Counted from the first letter of the stretch, positions 41,477 through 56,729 are shown. The stretch: 64,000 nt of DNA from Chrysomallon squamiferum (GCA_012295275.1 CM022672.1:21576001-21640000); one strand, 5' to 3'. Notes: a model not told the origin generated them from the letters alone. A program made the numbers and translations.

Positions 41477-42981
41477 CACTACTACTACTACTAATAATAA
41501 TAATTAATAATAATATTATTATTATTATTATCATCATTATCATTATAGTTGTTGTTGTCGTTATTATGATTATTATTATCATTATCATTGGCATTATCAT
41601 TATTATTGTCACTACTATCACTACCACATGACTACTGATACCACTACAACATCAGCAACAACATCTGCAACTACTACTACCACTATTATCCTACTACCAG
41701 TACCACTCTGTTAGCTACCACTACTGCTACTACCAACATCACCACCATTAGAAATACTACTATAACTACTACTACTAGGACTGCACTGCTTCATAACTCA
41801 GCTCGTAATGGAAAAACACACGACGCTCAACACAACAGACTCGGCTTTACCGTAAATGGAACCAGCGGCCTACGACGCCCCGGGCAAGTCGCTCGGAACA
41901 TTCCACTAAATTACTTTTGACTCAGAAATGAAAACCATCAACATCAAGAATGTCATAATCCGCAATATTACCGTTGATGTAAAAATATCTGTTACAAGCC
42001 TAATTTTGTCACCTGTCGCGGTTCTCACCAAATTAGCATAGAGCAATGGTAAGAAGAACAAGTACTGCACGGTGTTTCTTTTAACTTTTATGATTGGGAT
42101 TAAAACCCCGGCCGACATGTAGTCTGAAGACAAGCAGAAGTGTATTTAAAACAACGAAATCCGGTTCGGTTGGTAAGAATTTAAAGTATGAAAATTTATT
42201 TCTGATGTCAGAAACAACAAAATTCAGATATGACCTCTTTTTTTTTTCTTTTTTTTTTTTTGTAAATGGTTCTATTCTAAAAGCCTAAATCACGCCAGTC
42301 AATTAAGAAGGCGTCTTAAAACATGCCTGCCTGTTTTAAAAGGTTAAGCACGTGTGTCAGTGACGAGCAGTTTCTCCACCCAGTTCGCTTTTCCAGTCAT
42401 GATGTCGCCATTTGAATGAAATACTGAGATGACGGCATTTTGGATATTCCTTGTGAAAATTATCAGCAACTGAAAATGACTTTGCCATCTTCATAGATGA
42501 TTTTAAAATATACCCAGAAATTTATTATGCATTTTAATTGCTTGAAATAAGTATGTGTGCGATACATATAAACACACCTATATGCCTAAGCACATTATAT
42601 ATAGGTAATCAATCTACCTACTTACCTGCAAACAATCATACATACACCCATACAGACGTACGTAAGCACACACACACACACACACACACACAGATATACA
42701 GACACATATAAAAACATACATATGTATACCCACATATGTACATATTTACATATATAAAGTTGAACATTATATACACATACGTCAGACATTCGACATTATC
42801 AACACGTTAGTCATATCATAATCGCATAATAATTTCTCTGAAGCCGATATTTCTTTTTCGTTTTTATTTTTTCCTCTTGTACTTTGTTCTTTAACGATTA
42901 CTTATCTAAACTGAACTATATCATGTCAGTTGTACAGAACATATCTCATTAATACAGACTGAATCAATAGTTTTTTTTATT

Positions 42982-43014
<33 letters not shown>

Positions 43015-43513
43015 GACAGGTATTTATTTGCCTTTCTGTCTCACTTAAACATTACTCTTAGCTTTTCTTTCTTTCTTTTTTTTACTATTTTCGATCGCTA
43101 ATCGCTGCATCTGCTCCAAAACCATCCACTAAAACACTTCAAACAACAACAGAATAGAAGAAAAAAGAGAAGCGAAAACGAAATCCCACTGTTTGATTGG
43201 GCAGATAATATCCAATTAAAGAATTCTCTTCGCACACCGACAAACTGCCTGCAGCCTTCTCTCCGTGCTAAAATTCAGTTTATCTTGCACTGTGTAGAAA
43301 TGATGTTGTTGCTGTATCAGTTGTCATCATAAAATAAAGTTAAATTATGACGTGGAACCTTCTGCAGTTGTTACAAATGACGCAAATTTGAGTTGGTCGT
43401 TCTTTTCGATCGAAAGCTTGTTAGACAGCCGTAATGCAGAAATAACGAACATGTTATTTTGATAGAAAAAAGAGACAACCGCTGCTTTTCAGTGGTTTAT
43501 AATTCCTAAAAAA

Positions 43514-43614
<101 letters not shown>

Positions 43615-46600
43615 ACACACACAAGATAAACGAAAAGATAACAACGAAATACTGACAGGACAATGCAAATATAAAACAGCGCACATAAAATCATAAATAA
43701 TTCTTCTTTTCCATTTACTCAGTGACAACTTACGTAATTCGTTTTCTATGCAAAATCGACCGTCTAATTATGAAACTATAGAATTTCTTGACATTTCATT
43801 CTCAGTTATTAATTCATTCTTCGTATTTAAATTTGTAGTTAAATAAAAATATGTCTTTCTTCTGTTTAAACATTGCTCAATGCTGTAACGTCTTGCTTAT
43901 ATGCGAAAAGTCGAAGCACAACAAAATAAATATTTTTATTACTTTCCATAAAGTTATCATTGCTAGAACTGATGTCACATCTGAAATAAAACAGCACGCA
44001 AAGAGATATCAGCTTTATACAATAAACTCTATTGTACACGGAGCTCTGATGGGTTACAAACGACATCACACTTTGCTATTATCACTGATGGGACTGGTGC
44101 TGTGTTTGAATTAAATCAGTACGTCGAAGAATATCCAGTTTAAGCAATAAGTTCTTTGAATGCGATAAGTTGCTAGACAGCAGAGACAACGTCGATGACG
44201 TTCATGATGCAGTCCAGTTAAAACAGTACTTGAAAGGTGTCTATGATTTTAACACACAACTACTCATGAAAAGATGTCCTTCATCCTGTTACTGTTCATA
44301 CAATCACTGTTTTACTGTTGTTAAGCTGCTATGGTAGAACAGGATGGGGCTTCTCACTCAGTGATTGTTGGTGCTGTATTAGAGATTTCACACCTGTCGA
44401 CAGATGGTGAATAACATACACAGTGTTTTTTCATTAAGCATCGTATACAAAAGTTATTTTCAGTGAACAGTTTTAATGACATCATAAGAAGTCTATGCTA
44501 GAACATAATTTTTTTTTTATTTATTCATTTTTCATTCATAAAATACGTACATTCAGAAATATATTTATGCATACATATAAAAACGCATAAATACATATGT
44601 ACACACATTTATACGTACGTACATCTAAACATATACAAACACATGTATGTATATCCACTACGTTCATATTTACACACACAGAGACACTCTCACACATACA
44701 TACATAAAGAGATACCTGCATACATGTGTGTCTAAAAAGGGATTGTGTGTGTTTGTGTGTGTTGTTTGTATAACCCTATGAACTTTTGGACATTTACGCA
44801 GAAACCAGGTGTAAAGTACTTAATCGTCTTCCACTTGCACCAACAGTTAGACATTTATTATCGAAATCACGGTTTGAACGTTTTTTTTATCTCGCACAAA
44901 AAAATCCTTGACCTTATAGGTTTGCACCTATTTATCAAATGATTAAAGTGTAACTCGTTTGAAGAGAACAGTCTTGAGTCTGCAGTGAAGCGTTAAACTC
45001 GAGTCCGAACCGGACATCAAGATCCTCTTCAGAGTCTGTTGACTGTTAATTTTTTATTTTTTTCATTAATTAAAAAGAATCTCGAAAGACGCGGTGACAG
45101 TTCGAGCGAAAGTAAAAAGGTAATGAAAGATTAGCGCTGTGTGTTTATTAGAAACAAAATCCTTAAAATAGTTCTTTGTCGGTCTCGTACTGTGCCACCG
45201 TGTCCGGAGTACTCCACGAGGTTAAACTCGTGCTATCGATTGGCCTCTGATTTGAATGAAGTGTGTAACAGTGCATTGTTTGAAAGTGATTAATCGTGGT
45301 AAGTCGCGGATGTAATTCAGACGTTGTAAAGGTGCACGGAAGACTTGGAGTGGACAGCAGGGACACTGCAGACTGAGTACACTGCAAGTAAACGAGCTTT
45401 TTTTTTCATCATGAAGAGATTACAATTTTTCCTCATCATTTTCTTTCCATCACTGTGACCGATTCAGTTAGTTCCCTGTCCGTTTGAATATCTGTGTGGA
45501 TTTTGTTCTGTCTATCTGAAGATTCATCCATCGTTCTTACTATCAGTGTATATTCACTGGAGCCGTTCAGCGAACACTGATTCATGGATACATCCTTCCA
45601 TTTGTCAGTCTTTCTCTGTCATTCTCTCTTCCAGTCATTCGTTCATCCGTATAACCCATTTTGCGATCTGTATTAATTTATGCAGTGTCATCTCCTGATC
45701 TGGTTTGGATTTTATTTATCGTAAGTCCAAAATAAGCCAAATTAATCAAATAAGGTGTATCGTTGAATCTTTAACTATTAACTCCAAACATTGTATTTTG
45801 TTTATTTTTATTTTTATTTTATTTTATTTTAGTTATTTTATTTTATTTCAGTTATTTATTTTTTAACTTGAAGGTCGGGACGTCCTTTATATACTTTAAA
45901 TATATCTGCCGCAACCGTTTAACCTAAATTGCCGTTTTCAAATCCGACCTTGATGAAATGACGTCATGGTAACGGAACATTCTGAAGGACACCTTATCTT
46001 AATCACTTTAATTCAAACGAGGCTCTTTAAGGAAATGTAAAATAAATAATTCTGTGTTGTTCTGATTTCTCTTTGTCGATGCTGACCGTAACGTCTGTTT
46101 ATGAACAGTTCACTTTTAGAGTTTCACTGTCAAATCTGCCGTTTCCTGGAGCAAAGTTTTGTTTTCAAAGACTGAATAAAACTGGTCATGAAAAGTTGAA
46201 GAAAAGACTGTAAAAAATTTGTTCAAGTTTAGATGTCTTGAATGCAAAACAAAAAAAAAAAAAAAAAAATATTTCTTAATAAATTACGTCTGCTTCAACT
46301 TTACAATTTGTTTATTTCTGGCTAACAGTTTTTATTAATGAAAGAAAAGTAAGACATTACTTTAAAAAAACATGAGTTTTTCATGACACAGTTAGGCTGA
46401 CATTTAACTTTACATTTATAAAGGTAAAAAAAAAAAAAAAAATTAAAAATTATAAAACCACCGATAGACTGAATAAATATTTAATAAAATTATTAGTATC
46501 AACAATCCATCATAGATGTTTGTATATTTGTAAAAGGGAACGTTAGAAGAAATTTAGAAAAGGAAAATAAACCCAAATAAAAAAAAAAAAAAAAAAATAA

Positions 46601-47235
46601 AAATAATAATAATAATTACAACAACAATAATAATAATGTCTATTACCATATTATTAATTTTGATGTACAGTTTGTTTTTATCTCAGTTTTCATTATCTTA
46701 TTAATCCCTCCCTTTTGTGTTTCCGCTAATTAGACGGGAGATCAACAAACACTCGTCTGTCTTTTGTATCGAATCTGATAAGCAAAAAAATAGGATTAGT
46801 TGGAATCTGTCTTCTTCTGGTATCTTCGACTGACCGCTCGGTGTGGTCTGCTATCCAGTGTGACGTGAGGGCCGCCTCCAGAACCATCTTATCGATCAGC
46901 ACGAAGTACTCCGTCCTATTAAACGACATCACTGAAATATTAGCAAGCCGTCTGAAAGCGCTGTGATGTAGTGAGTTCTGTTTTCAAGTCGGAGTGTTGG
47001 TATCGTCTTAATACTTGGTTTCTTTTATTTTTTTGCAAATCTTTAAACTGAAAGTGTATAATACGGCGGTGTTCTTTTGAATTTCTGTTTGTGTTTTTGA
47101 ATATTAATCGACAGTGGAAATTAGATAGGTGGTATAGCGATATCTTGTAAGTTGTTTTATTTTTTTTATTTTTTTTTTTTCTTCTGAAAGTTTGTGATGC
47201 TGTTTCATAACTTTTACATTTCGTGTTTTAAGTTG

Positions 47236-47455
47236 TGTGACAGCAGTATTTTTAAAGTTGTTTGTGTATGTTTCTATTTATGAGTTTTGAGGCTGTTTGG
47301 TATTTCGTATTTTAGACGTTAATGGACGAACGTAAGTTATGTGACAGCAGTCTCTTTTAGTTTGTTTACATCAATGTCTGTTAGTTACTGAAAATGTATG
47401 AGGCTGTTTGATATTTCTTATTTTGAATGTTAACTGACGAATGTAAATCATATGG
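47236..47455. repeat. Diverged tandem duplication (about 105-110 bp unit x2)
   Basis: GTGACAGCAGT...TGAGGCTGTTTG.TATTTC.TATTTT...GTTAA..GACGAA.GTAA occurs twice. Confidence 0.8.
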
Positions 47456-47775
47456 TAGTGGTATCGTTTAATCTTTGATATGGCTGAAATGTCGAGTGAT
47501 TATTACATGATTATATAGAAACGGATGTGACTTAATCGTGGGTGTGGTTACGTAGGAAGACAGACAGATCGATGGATCAAAAAATTATGCTGTTTAATAT
47601 TTGTATTTGTTTATATAAAAATGTTACTAGGTGTCATATAAATAACATTTCTATTGCGAGAGGAAACTGATCAGTATATATATATTTTTTAAATTTATAT
47701 ATATATCATCTTCATTGGAAAGTGCATACCTTTACAACTGGTACAGTTCTGATGAAACTGAGAATAACAGAAACA

Positions 47776-47869
<94 letters not shown>

Positions 47870-47877
47870 TTTTGTCG

Positions 47878-47938
<61 letters not shown>

Positions 47939-49841
47939 GATTATTATTATTACTTTATGGAGAGGCAGAAGTAATTTACATTCTTAACAAATATTTTAAA
48001 GTGCTTTTAACAAAATCAAACCTGTAGGCTTTTTTCAGAATATTTTTAAGATGAACTTTTTTTTTTTTTTTTTAAAACTAACAGTACACAGTAAACTATA
48101 GACTATTTTTTTTTTTAATAGGGGATCGAAAAGAAACGTCGCTGGAATCACTGTCGTTCTGGAAAGCGGATTACATCTTTGAATTACGGCCTGGAAGTAT
48201 TTGTAATGAAGTACTGCATAAAGAACGGATTTATTAAATAACACATCCCGAATTAAATTAACTCATCGGGAATTATTATTTCTTTTTTTTTTTTCTTCTG
48301 TGATGTGTTGGAGGTTTAATCTCTTGCTAAACATGTTATTACTGAATAATTATTACGACAGTGACAAATACCATCAGACATTCATTAGCAAATAAAGTTC
48401 TTTCCGGCGTAAATTAACACCACTGACAAAACGTGAAAACAGCCTGTAAGAACTGTATACGATTATAAATATCTCTATTAAAAAAAAAAAAAAAAATTTT
48501 TATATATTACATATATTCTCATTATAAATTGAATATTCCATAGCAATTAACATTATTATTGTACATTTTTAAAGGCTTCAGTAATTTATAACTGGAAATG
48601 AAGTCAGTATGACGATATCTTAATATTCTAGACTTCAGATGTTATTGCTAACAAAGCGACAAAAAAAAAAAGGCTGAAAAGGTTGTTTCGTACAAATGTA
48701 GTTTCTGAAGTTTACAAAACAACGCACCAAGCGTGGATACGTAACAAAAGGATGGATTAAAACACTGCTGACACAATGCGTGCTACTCTCACACAAAGAG
48801 CATGTGTAATTACTATTTAATTACGTGTGCTTTGGCAGTCGCAAACAAAATATCGGCTTGAACTGTCTCAGACAAAGAAGTTTATATTAATTTAATAGAA
48901 GTCGTTCGTCTTTTGTCACAAAACATTGGCTACTAATCTATCATTGATACAGAACTAACAAAAAATAGTTTCGCTACAACAGATGTCAACTGGATCATAC
49001 ACAAACAAACAAAAATCCAAACAAAACACGTAGAAATATTTAAATTTTCTTTAAATAAAAGATATCGTCTTTGAAATCTCCGAAAACTATTTTAGCGGAA
49101 TCTACATAAAGGGAAGGCGTGACTTTCCGACTTCAGTGGATTCTAGGTTCATTTAACGGGAAGGAAAGCGTTTTAGAATTTTAAATAAAACACTAATTTC
49201 ATTTCCGCAAACTGGAAAACGAGGAAATCTGGAAGGAATTTATTGTGTATTTACTGGGAAACTTACAACAAGATTTGATGTTTTCTAATAGGTGGATGAA
49301 TTCTTCAAGCCAAATTAAAGAATAACAATCAAATTAAGAGAACTTTGCTACGAAAAACGCGTTTTTTTCGGTTCTTTGTTGATAGTACGATTGTATTCAT
49401 GACACCACCCATTTCGACTTGCTATTTTAATTGTGCTTTCTCACAGTTCGATTTATATCAGAAACCGACGTCTAATCTTTGGACAAATACGTGTTCTAAT
49501 TCTGTTTAAAACTACGCTAGTTTTCTGCTTAAAATATCAATGATTTCATGCACTTATTTTTTGTTTTATTCATAATTTACTGTAATTAAGTGGACAAATA
49601 TATACTGTAATTATATTTATAACTTCCGTGTTGTTCTAAAATTTGGCTCTACAAAAAAGAAGAAGCCTAACAGAGAAAATCTTCTTTTGTTGTTTTTTTG
49701 AGTTATCTGTGTTCATATACAGATCGCGTGTTCACCGTTCTGTTTTCTACGGCCATGTTTTCGATTTTATCTGACTTGTTTATTTAAAGGCGAGAATCGA
49801 GCCAGACAAACATAAAACAGAATACGCGACAATCGGATAAT

Positions 49842-49979
49842 ATGGCTTTGAAAACTGCAAGTGTTTTGTGTCTGATTTTTGTGTGTTTTCACACTGTGGA
49901 ACTGGATCAAAGAACTCTGGATAAAAAATTTAGCTACTACATTATAAAGGCCAGATGTCAAGCACACTGCAATGAAAAG
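49842..49979 (+). CDS. First coding exon of a secreted Cys-rich protein, probably anosmin-1 (KAL1)-like (MALKTASVLCLIFVCFHTVELDQRTLDKKFSYYIIKARCQAHCNEK)
   Basis: ATG in AATATGG context, signal-peptide-like N-terminus, ARCxxxC as at the start of the anosmin cysteine-rich domain, donor AAG|GTAAAG in phase 0. An upstream acceptor at 49721-49722 (catatacag) implies a 5'UTR portion from 49723. No later exon recognised in the window, so the family call rests on a short motif. Confidence 0.7.
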
Positions 49980-52900
49980 GTAAAGATTATTTTTAAAATA
50001 ATTGTCTATATATTTTTGTTATTATCTTCAAAGTGGAATTATCTCTGTAATCATGACCATTGTCATCAAACCATCTATGCCATTATGTCCATGCCTATAT
50101 CATCGTCGTCATCATCATCTTCATCGTCATCATTATGATCATCGTCATCATCAGCATAATTTCCTTCATTATTACTATCATTTTGCTTTTGATGAAAATG
50201 CTTTTTCTTTATTTCTTGTTGACATTTTATCATGCAGGTTTAATTCTTCTATTAATTTTCTGTTCTGTTTTCAGAATTATATCTTATTTAAAACAGTCAA
50301 TAAAAATAAACAGACAAACACGCAAAAAGAAACAAATAAATAAATAAATAAAATTAATGATCTTTTTTGGTTATTTAGATAATTTCTTGAATCATTCTAA
50401 TGTTATTTGCAAATAGAATCCTAACATGAGATACTTTTCGATTATTAGCATACTGTCCTATAGGTCAAGGGCTTCATAATAACAGCCTCTGCAACCACTA
50501 CAAGTACAATCACTATAACTTAAATTGAATACTTCAGTGTACTGTTAAAAGAGACCGTTATTATGTTGGTCTGCGAGTTTTCTAAAAAGATTTATTCCGA
50601 AGCTGAAACAATAATATTATTTTTAAAGCTATTTAAAAAAAGAAAGTGATCTAAATTATCTGATATATTTTATATATATTAATATGACAGATCAGTGTAT
50701 TTAATCTCTGTTGTTAAAATATCGCGTCATTTTTACATCCGGTAAATAAACGCTCTGGTAAAATTTTATGTGAACTACATCAAAGATGATGAAATGCCAC
50801 AAGACATGTTTTCACAATCAACCAACCTCGAAAACGTTGTACATCGTAGAACAGAAGAAATATGACCTGAATAAAAAGATAAACGATTTTCACGAATGTT
50901 GTAATAATCTGGAGGTGTCGGCATTGGTCGTTGGTGAAGGTGCTGAGCGCATAGCTTTCACACTGAAAGAATGTCTATTTAGTTCTTGTTGTAGTCACAC
51001 CGTCTTTTATCTGAAATAACCCAGTTTCCCCACAAGCCCAAACACACGAACAAGCAAAGTCAAGCAAGTGTAGAATGTTACACAATACTTACCAAACTTG
51101 CTTTGTTTTGTTTTTTTAACACTGAAAGAAATTGAATGTGATGCTAAACGCCAGTGTAAGAAATATGAACGCTGTATAAAAAGAAAATGTCTAAAACCGG
51201 AAAGTGATAGGATTGGTTATTAATAACCCTAGACAGTTTTTTTTTAAATTACTGAATTAAACCTTGATGAATTTACAAAACATTTTAAACGGTTATGTGG
51301 TTACACTGATTACGCTACTGAAATATACACCTGTAATGATTCACTCTGTTACCCGGTCAGGCACAACTGACGCTATATTTGCTCTTCTTTGTTTGATTTT
51401 GAAAGCGTTGTATTGTTGTTCTGTTGTCAACAGGTAAAGCCTTTGACAGAATAAATAGACATAAATTGTTATTTATATTAGCCGAAATAGGGAAAATTCA
51501 TACACAAATCTACGTTTCGATTTTTTGAAAAAATGATTGTATTCAGAATTAGGAGGAAAATGATGAGTAAAACAAACACACTTACAGTAATAATATAATC
51601 CAAATAATTATCATGGATTAGTGCTAAATTACAATGGTAAATTTTCAAATGGTACAGTGATGCAGCTGTGGTAACATAATTAGGAACATTGTCTCTACGT
51701 GTAGTTACGTCATCGAAACAATTGTTAAATACTGGCTGAAACTTTTAGAGGCGAAGAATCGACTGAATCTTGAAATCAGTATATGATGATGTGTTAGAAA
51801 GTCAGGAATCTTTTAACAGCCTTGTAAAACATTTATTATTTTCATTTAGGATTTGGAAATGCATGAAGCAATCAGCAAGCTGATAATCATGTAATATTTA
51901 TAAAAAGTGTTACCATGTCAGATCACTGTATTAAAAGAATAGACAAACTGTTGAATAATTCACCTACCTAACTTTAATAATTTAAGATATTTAACAAATA
52001 CTTTGTGTTTACAATACAAAATTTCCTGTATCATCGCACAAATTAGTCATTGAACAAGGAAAGTGTTGTGGAAAGATCACAGAGAGAATGTGGTATATAA
52101 GGTCTGGATAACACCGAAGATGAATTTTATTTTATTTTAGTATGTCCATTGTATTTGCATATTCACGTATTTAGAAAATTCTACTGTTTAGTCCATACAA
52201 TTACGAGCTTACCGTGAACACGAACTACATATTATTATCAATAGCGAATGTGCTTTAATAAAACCACTGATGGAGCAGTGTCTATAACGAGATATAACTC
52301 ACAAAAAATTATATTATTAAATCCCGCTATACAGTCTAAATCACAGTTTTTCGTAATGAATATGTTTGATGACTATAATACTATAGAGATTGTCAAAATA
52401 CAGTATATGTTTATTTTTATTTAATAACTTTTGGACTAATTCGTAAATACACAAACAACATACGGCCAGTTTTTAACATCGTATTTAACTATTAAATACT
52501 AAAACACACCAAACTGTAAACAATTTGTTCTGTTGTAAAAAAAAAAAAAAAAACTATCGACATAAATCAAACCGTAAACAATTATTCTGTCGTTAAACGC
52601 ACTAATACAATTATCTAAAGAATTAACCTGCTTTCTTCATCCTATCACAGACCGATAGTCATTACTGGAGATATACACAGAAAAATCTGATTAAATAATC
52701 TGTTTACGCCGACTGTTTACAGTTATCTCTTCCACTGCTTTTGTGAGCGCAGAAAATCAGTTTAATTGTGCTTGGACGCCGCGTATTTACAAACAGGTTA
52801 TAAACAATCGGCTGGAGTTAATTTAATATACTTTCTGACAGAAATGTGTGATCACAGTATGACGTACGTACGTACGTATGTATGTATGTATGCTTGCATG

Positions 52901-52992
52901 TATGGAAGTATGTATGTATATGTGTATATGTGTATATCTGTATGTCTGTATGTATGTATGTATGTACGTACGTACGTATGTATGTATGTATG

Positions 52993-53025
<33 letters not shown>

Positions 53026-53868
53026 TTTTTATGCAAGTATGTATGTATGAACTGTCACAGAAAGAGCTAAAACATTTTCAACATTTATTCCTGCACAGTT
53101 TAATAATGCAAAAAAATACTGACGGTAAAACTGCTGGACAAAATACCTCACGGCATTTTTCTGTCGCTGTCATTTTATTAATTATAAGAATTTACAGGAA
53201 CTGACAGTAATCATAAGATGAAATAACTGGTATTACTATCCTTAGTCTCACGGAAAACTCGCCTCGGGTTACTCCTACCGCTAAGCTACATTCATTTATC
53301 GTGAAGAGCCGCGATGCGAGGACGAACTGGGCTCTCGGTCTATGTAACTAAGGGTTTAAACTAATAATAAATGAAAAAAATAAAGCAACCGAATTTTAAT
53401 GAGTAATCAGTTTATTGGAGTAAACAACAAAAGCTATAAACTATAACTGTTACAGTCCGTTTGAGATTTTTGTAAATCAGCAGTGTGTTCAGCATTCGCG
53501 GTTTTTTTCCGTTAGCAAGCGTGAGGATGAATACATTATTTCCACTTCCTTTATTGTTGAACGTTTCAGTATAGAAGTAACCACGAGAGAGGCGTTTACA
53601 TAGATTGTTCATGCATTAAAGATGTGAATGTAATATTTATATTCTCTTGTAGTCAGAGGATCTAATAAAAATAGATTGCTGTTCTTAATTACACTTTTCT
53701 GACGGACAAAATGAATATGGGCGAAAAGAGATTAATTAATATATGGACTGCTGCGACATTATTCTTTTCATATGACGTCATCTAATCAAATGCATTAGTT
53801 ATTAAATTAACAAAAATTATACAAGATCTTGAAAACTGATTAACCAAAGCCATTACGTGGCTGCAGTC

Positions 53869-53944
53869 ATGATAGACACCACTGACATGGTAGACATCAC
53901 TGACATGATAGACACCACTGACATGATAGACACCACCGACATGG
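53869..53944. repeat. 18-bp tandem repeat CATGATAGACACCACTGA x4
   Basis: Four near-identical units. Confidence 0.9.
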
Positions 53945-56729
53945 ATGTTGTCAACACAGTGATCATCAGCGACCTCTTAGTCCCAGCCACAGCCACATTC
54001 ATTGCCGTTTGAGACTCTTTGGTCTAATAAATGAACAAACAAAAACACACACATTCGTTTTTATTTATATAGATTTGGACTGCACGATTATTAAAGCAAT
54101 CGACTTTCAGCTTGTTTCCGTTGCGGTCTCCATAGAAAAATAACTGGAGACAGAGATAACCAGTATTCCGATTTTCTATGTAATTGCCAGGTAAGTTAAC
54201 CGTAAAGTCTCTCTCGCCGATAATTCAAGTTCCCAGATTTTCAACCTTGAAAACATATACGCTTGATATTTAGATAATGTCGGATGTAATTAGAAGTTTC
54301 AGACTTCGTTATTGGAACCTAACTCAGTCGTCACGCTTCTGGGAATATACAAGATCAGCAGTTTTAAACAGTGCTGCAGTGAATTCAACTGGTATCTCAG
54401 AACATTATAACCCATCTGACAGTCAGAAATTAATATTTAATTCGTTTTTTTTGAAGCATCAGACTTTATTTTTGAACCCTGTGCTGATCGTCAAGTTGTT
54501 TGGAATTATCTAACCTTATGTGTAATTTTGAAGATAACGCTTGTTCCCGATTTTCTCACTATTATGACTAATACTTAACGTATTTTAAATCCTTACTGTT
54601 TATTAATGGATGGCAGTGAGTAAAAGAACATATTAAGCAATCACCATTGATCTAGTCTTTCTCTGGTTTGGAGACAGTGAAATTTTATACATTATCTGTC
54701 TGATAGACAGAAATTAAATCGAAGTGTTTTGAATTATCAGACTTTATTTATGGATCGAACTGACAGGTCTTTTTTGACTATTAATTGGACCAGTGACTTT
54801 AATCTTATGTTCTCTTTGGCAGATAATGTTGACTGGTTCGCAGATAGTCAGACATCAAACATTACCGTTTTGAATGTCAGGGAATAATAGGTTTTGATGA
54901 TAAATAATAATACCTGTTGAATTATTCCTTTGTGGACACAATGTGGACTCCCCTGATGTATAAGATCATCAGTTAACTGTTATTACTCTTCATTATTAAA
55001 TTAACGCTGCATTATATTTGATAGGTTATGCTGATAGTTATATAAAAAAAAAAAAACAGCTACAAAATAGTGCATGATATTTTGAATGATCAAATCTTAC
55101 TGTTTTCCTCGGAGGATATATAAGTTCAGTGATTTCGTCTAATCTTGCTTAGTATGACGCAGAATCACAGACTGTCAGATTATGACCATTAGTGGTTTGA
55201 CTATTAATATTATATTTAATAGTTTTTCAAATTATCAGACTTAATATACGGATAGCAGTGATACATCCTGATTTAGGAAGTTTTAGCATCAGTGATTAAC
55301 CGACGACTTAGCACTGGCATGCAAACACATGTTCCCTGATAGTCACAGCATGGAAATTATCCATTTGACAATTAGATTTATTACCACTGTTTTCTGAATC
55401 AGCAGACTTTGTCTCTTGGTTACAGCTATAGAAAACAAAATTCTTTAACTCGAATTAACCATTCCCTATTTTTGGCAATATAACACTGGTCTGAGACTAT
55501 CACATTTAAGAAAACCACGCACGTGATCGTCTGACTGTCGCAAAATATTACTGGATTCGATCTGAATTAGCAGCCTTTAATTATAGATGGAATGGTTTTT
55601 CCTGCTTTGATAAATATACAAGACCATAGATTATCAGTAATCGCTATTAAATCAATTTTACTCTTTTCAAGCTTACTACTGATTCCCAGACTGTGGTCAG
55701 TAAAAAAAAAAAAAAAAAGAAAAAAAAAGAAGAAGAATATTCGTCTGACAGTCAGAAAATATGAGTAGATATGTTGTGAGTTATGACACATTTCCGGCTG
55801 ACAGGAATACTTTGGACAGTTAAAGTCTAGTGTCTTTTTAAAAAAAAAATAAAAAAAGGTATCGTATATTTGCGAGATAACACTTGTTAACAGAAGGTAA
55901 ATTAAACAGCCTAGATATTTTGAGGAAAAAAAATTGTACTGGACACTTTTGATGGTAATGTGTTTGGTCCAATCAGCAGTTAATACATGAAAACACCAGT
56001 GTCAACTACGCACCACGAGGAATTGAAGAGTTAACGATGTTAAATAATCACTATTAAGTTAATATTACAGAGTATTTATTTCCAGCTTATCATCACACAA
56101 TGGAAACCGTCTGCCTGACACTCGGATTTGAATTATTTATTGCACTGCGTTTTCCCAGTCACCTGTCACTTATCCATGCACGGATGTGTTAACACAATAG
56201 TTTATTTTATTCCTTTTGTAACAGCCTCAGTTCAAAAAGCCATAGCTATCGCCGTCTACTCGAATAACTTGATAAATCGAATCCAGAACACTTCGAGTCA
56301 AAAATAATACAGTTTGTTACTACTCTTCATTGTTAGGTTAATTGCTTACATATCTTGCGGTGGCGCTAAAATTGTGTTGGTTTCACTGTAACCTGTGGGC
56401 AAGCGGGGAGGTAACTCGATTTATGTGACAGTGGTTTGAATATATTTTTGATTTGACGACACAATAAAATGGATTTGAATGTAAAATCACGTGATCGAAA
56501 TAAAAATAAAACAGTATTTAGAACGAGTTTTTTCAAACTGTGGAATTAAAATTATGCGGAAAATTAGTTTTGAAAAAAATATATAAAATAAAATAAAAAA
56601 TTAAACAAGAAATTAAAAAAAAAAGAGAAAGAAATGGAGACCTTTTACGCGAAATAATTTAATTACTTATGCTGGAAGAATAAATCGCCTGATAAACTTT
56701 CTTCTTTTTTTATTTCCGTCTTTTCTTTT

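Noticed and set aside
50786-51019. 77-aa Cys-containing ORF as exon 2 of the anosmin-like gene
   Set aside because: No convincing phase-0 acceptor or donor, and the Cys spacing does not fit the anosmin Cys-rich/WAP pattern.
53239-53358. Possible piggyBac-like miniature element (CCTTAGT...ACTAAGGG)
   Set aside because: Only a 7-bp inverted match and no clean TTAA duplication.
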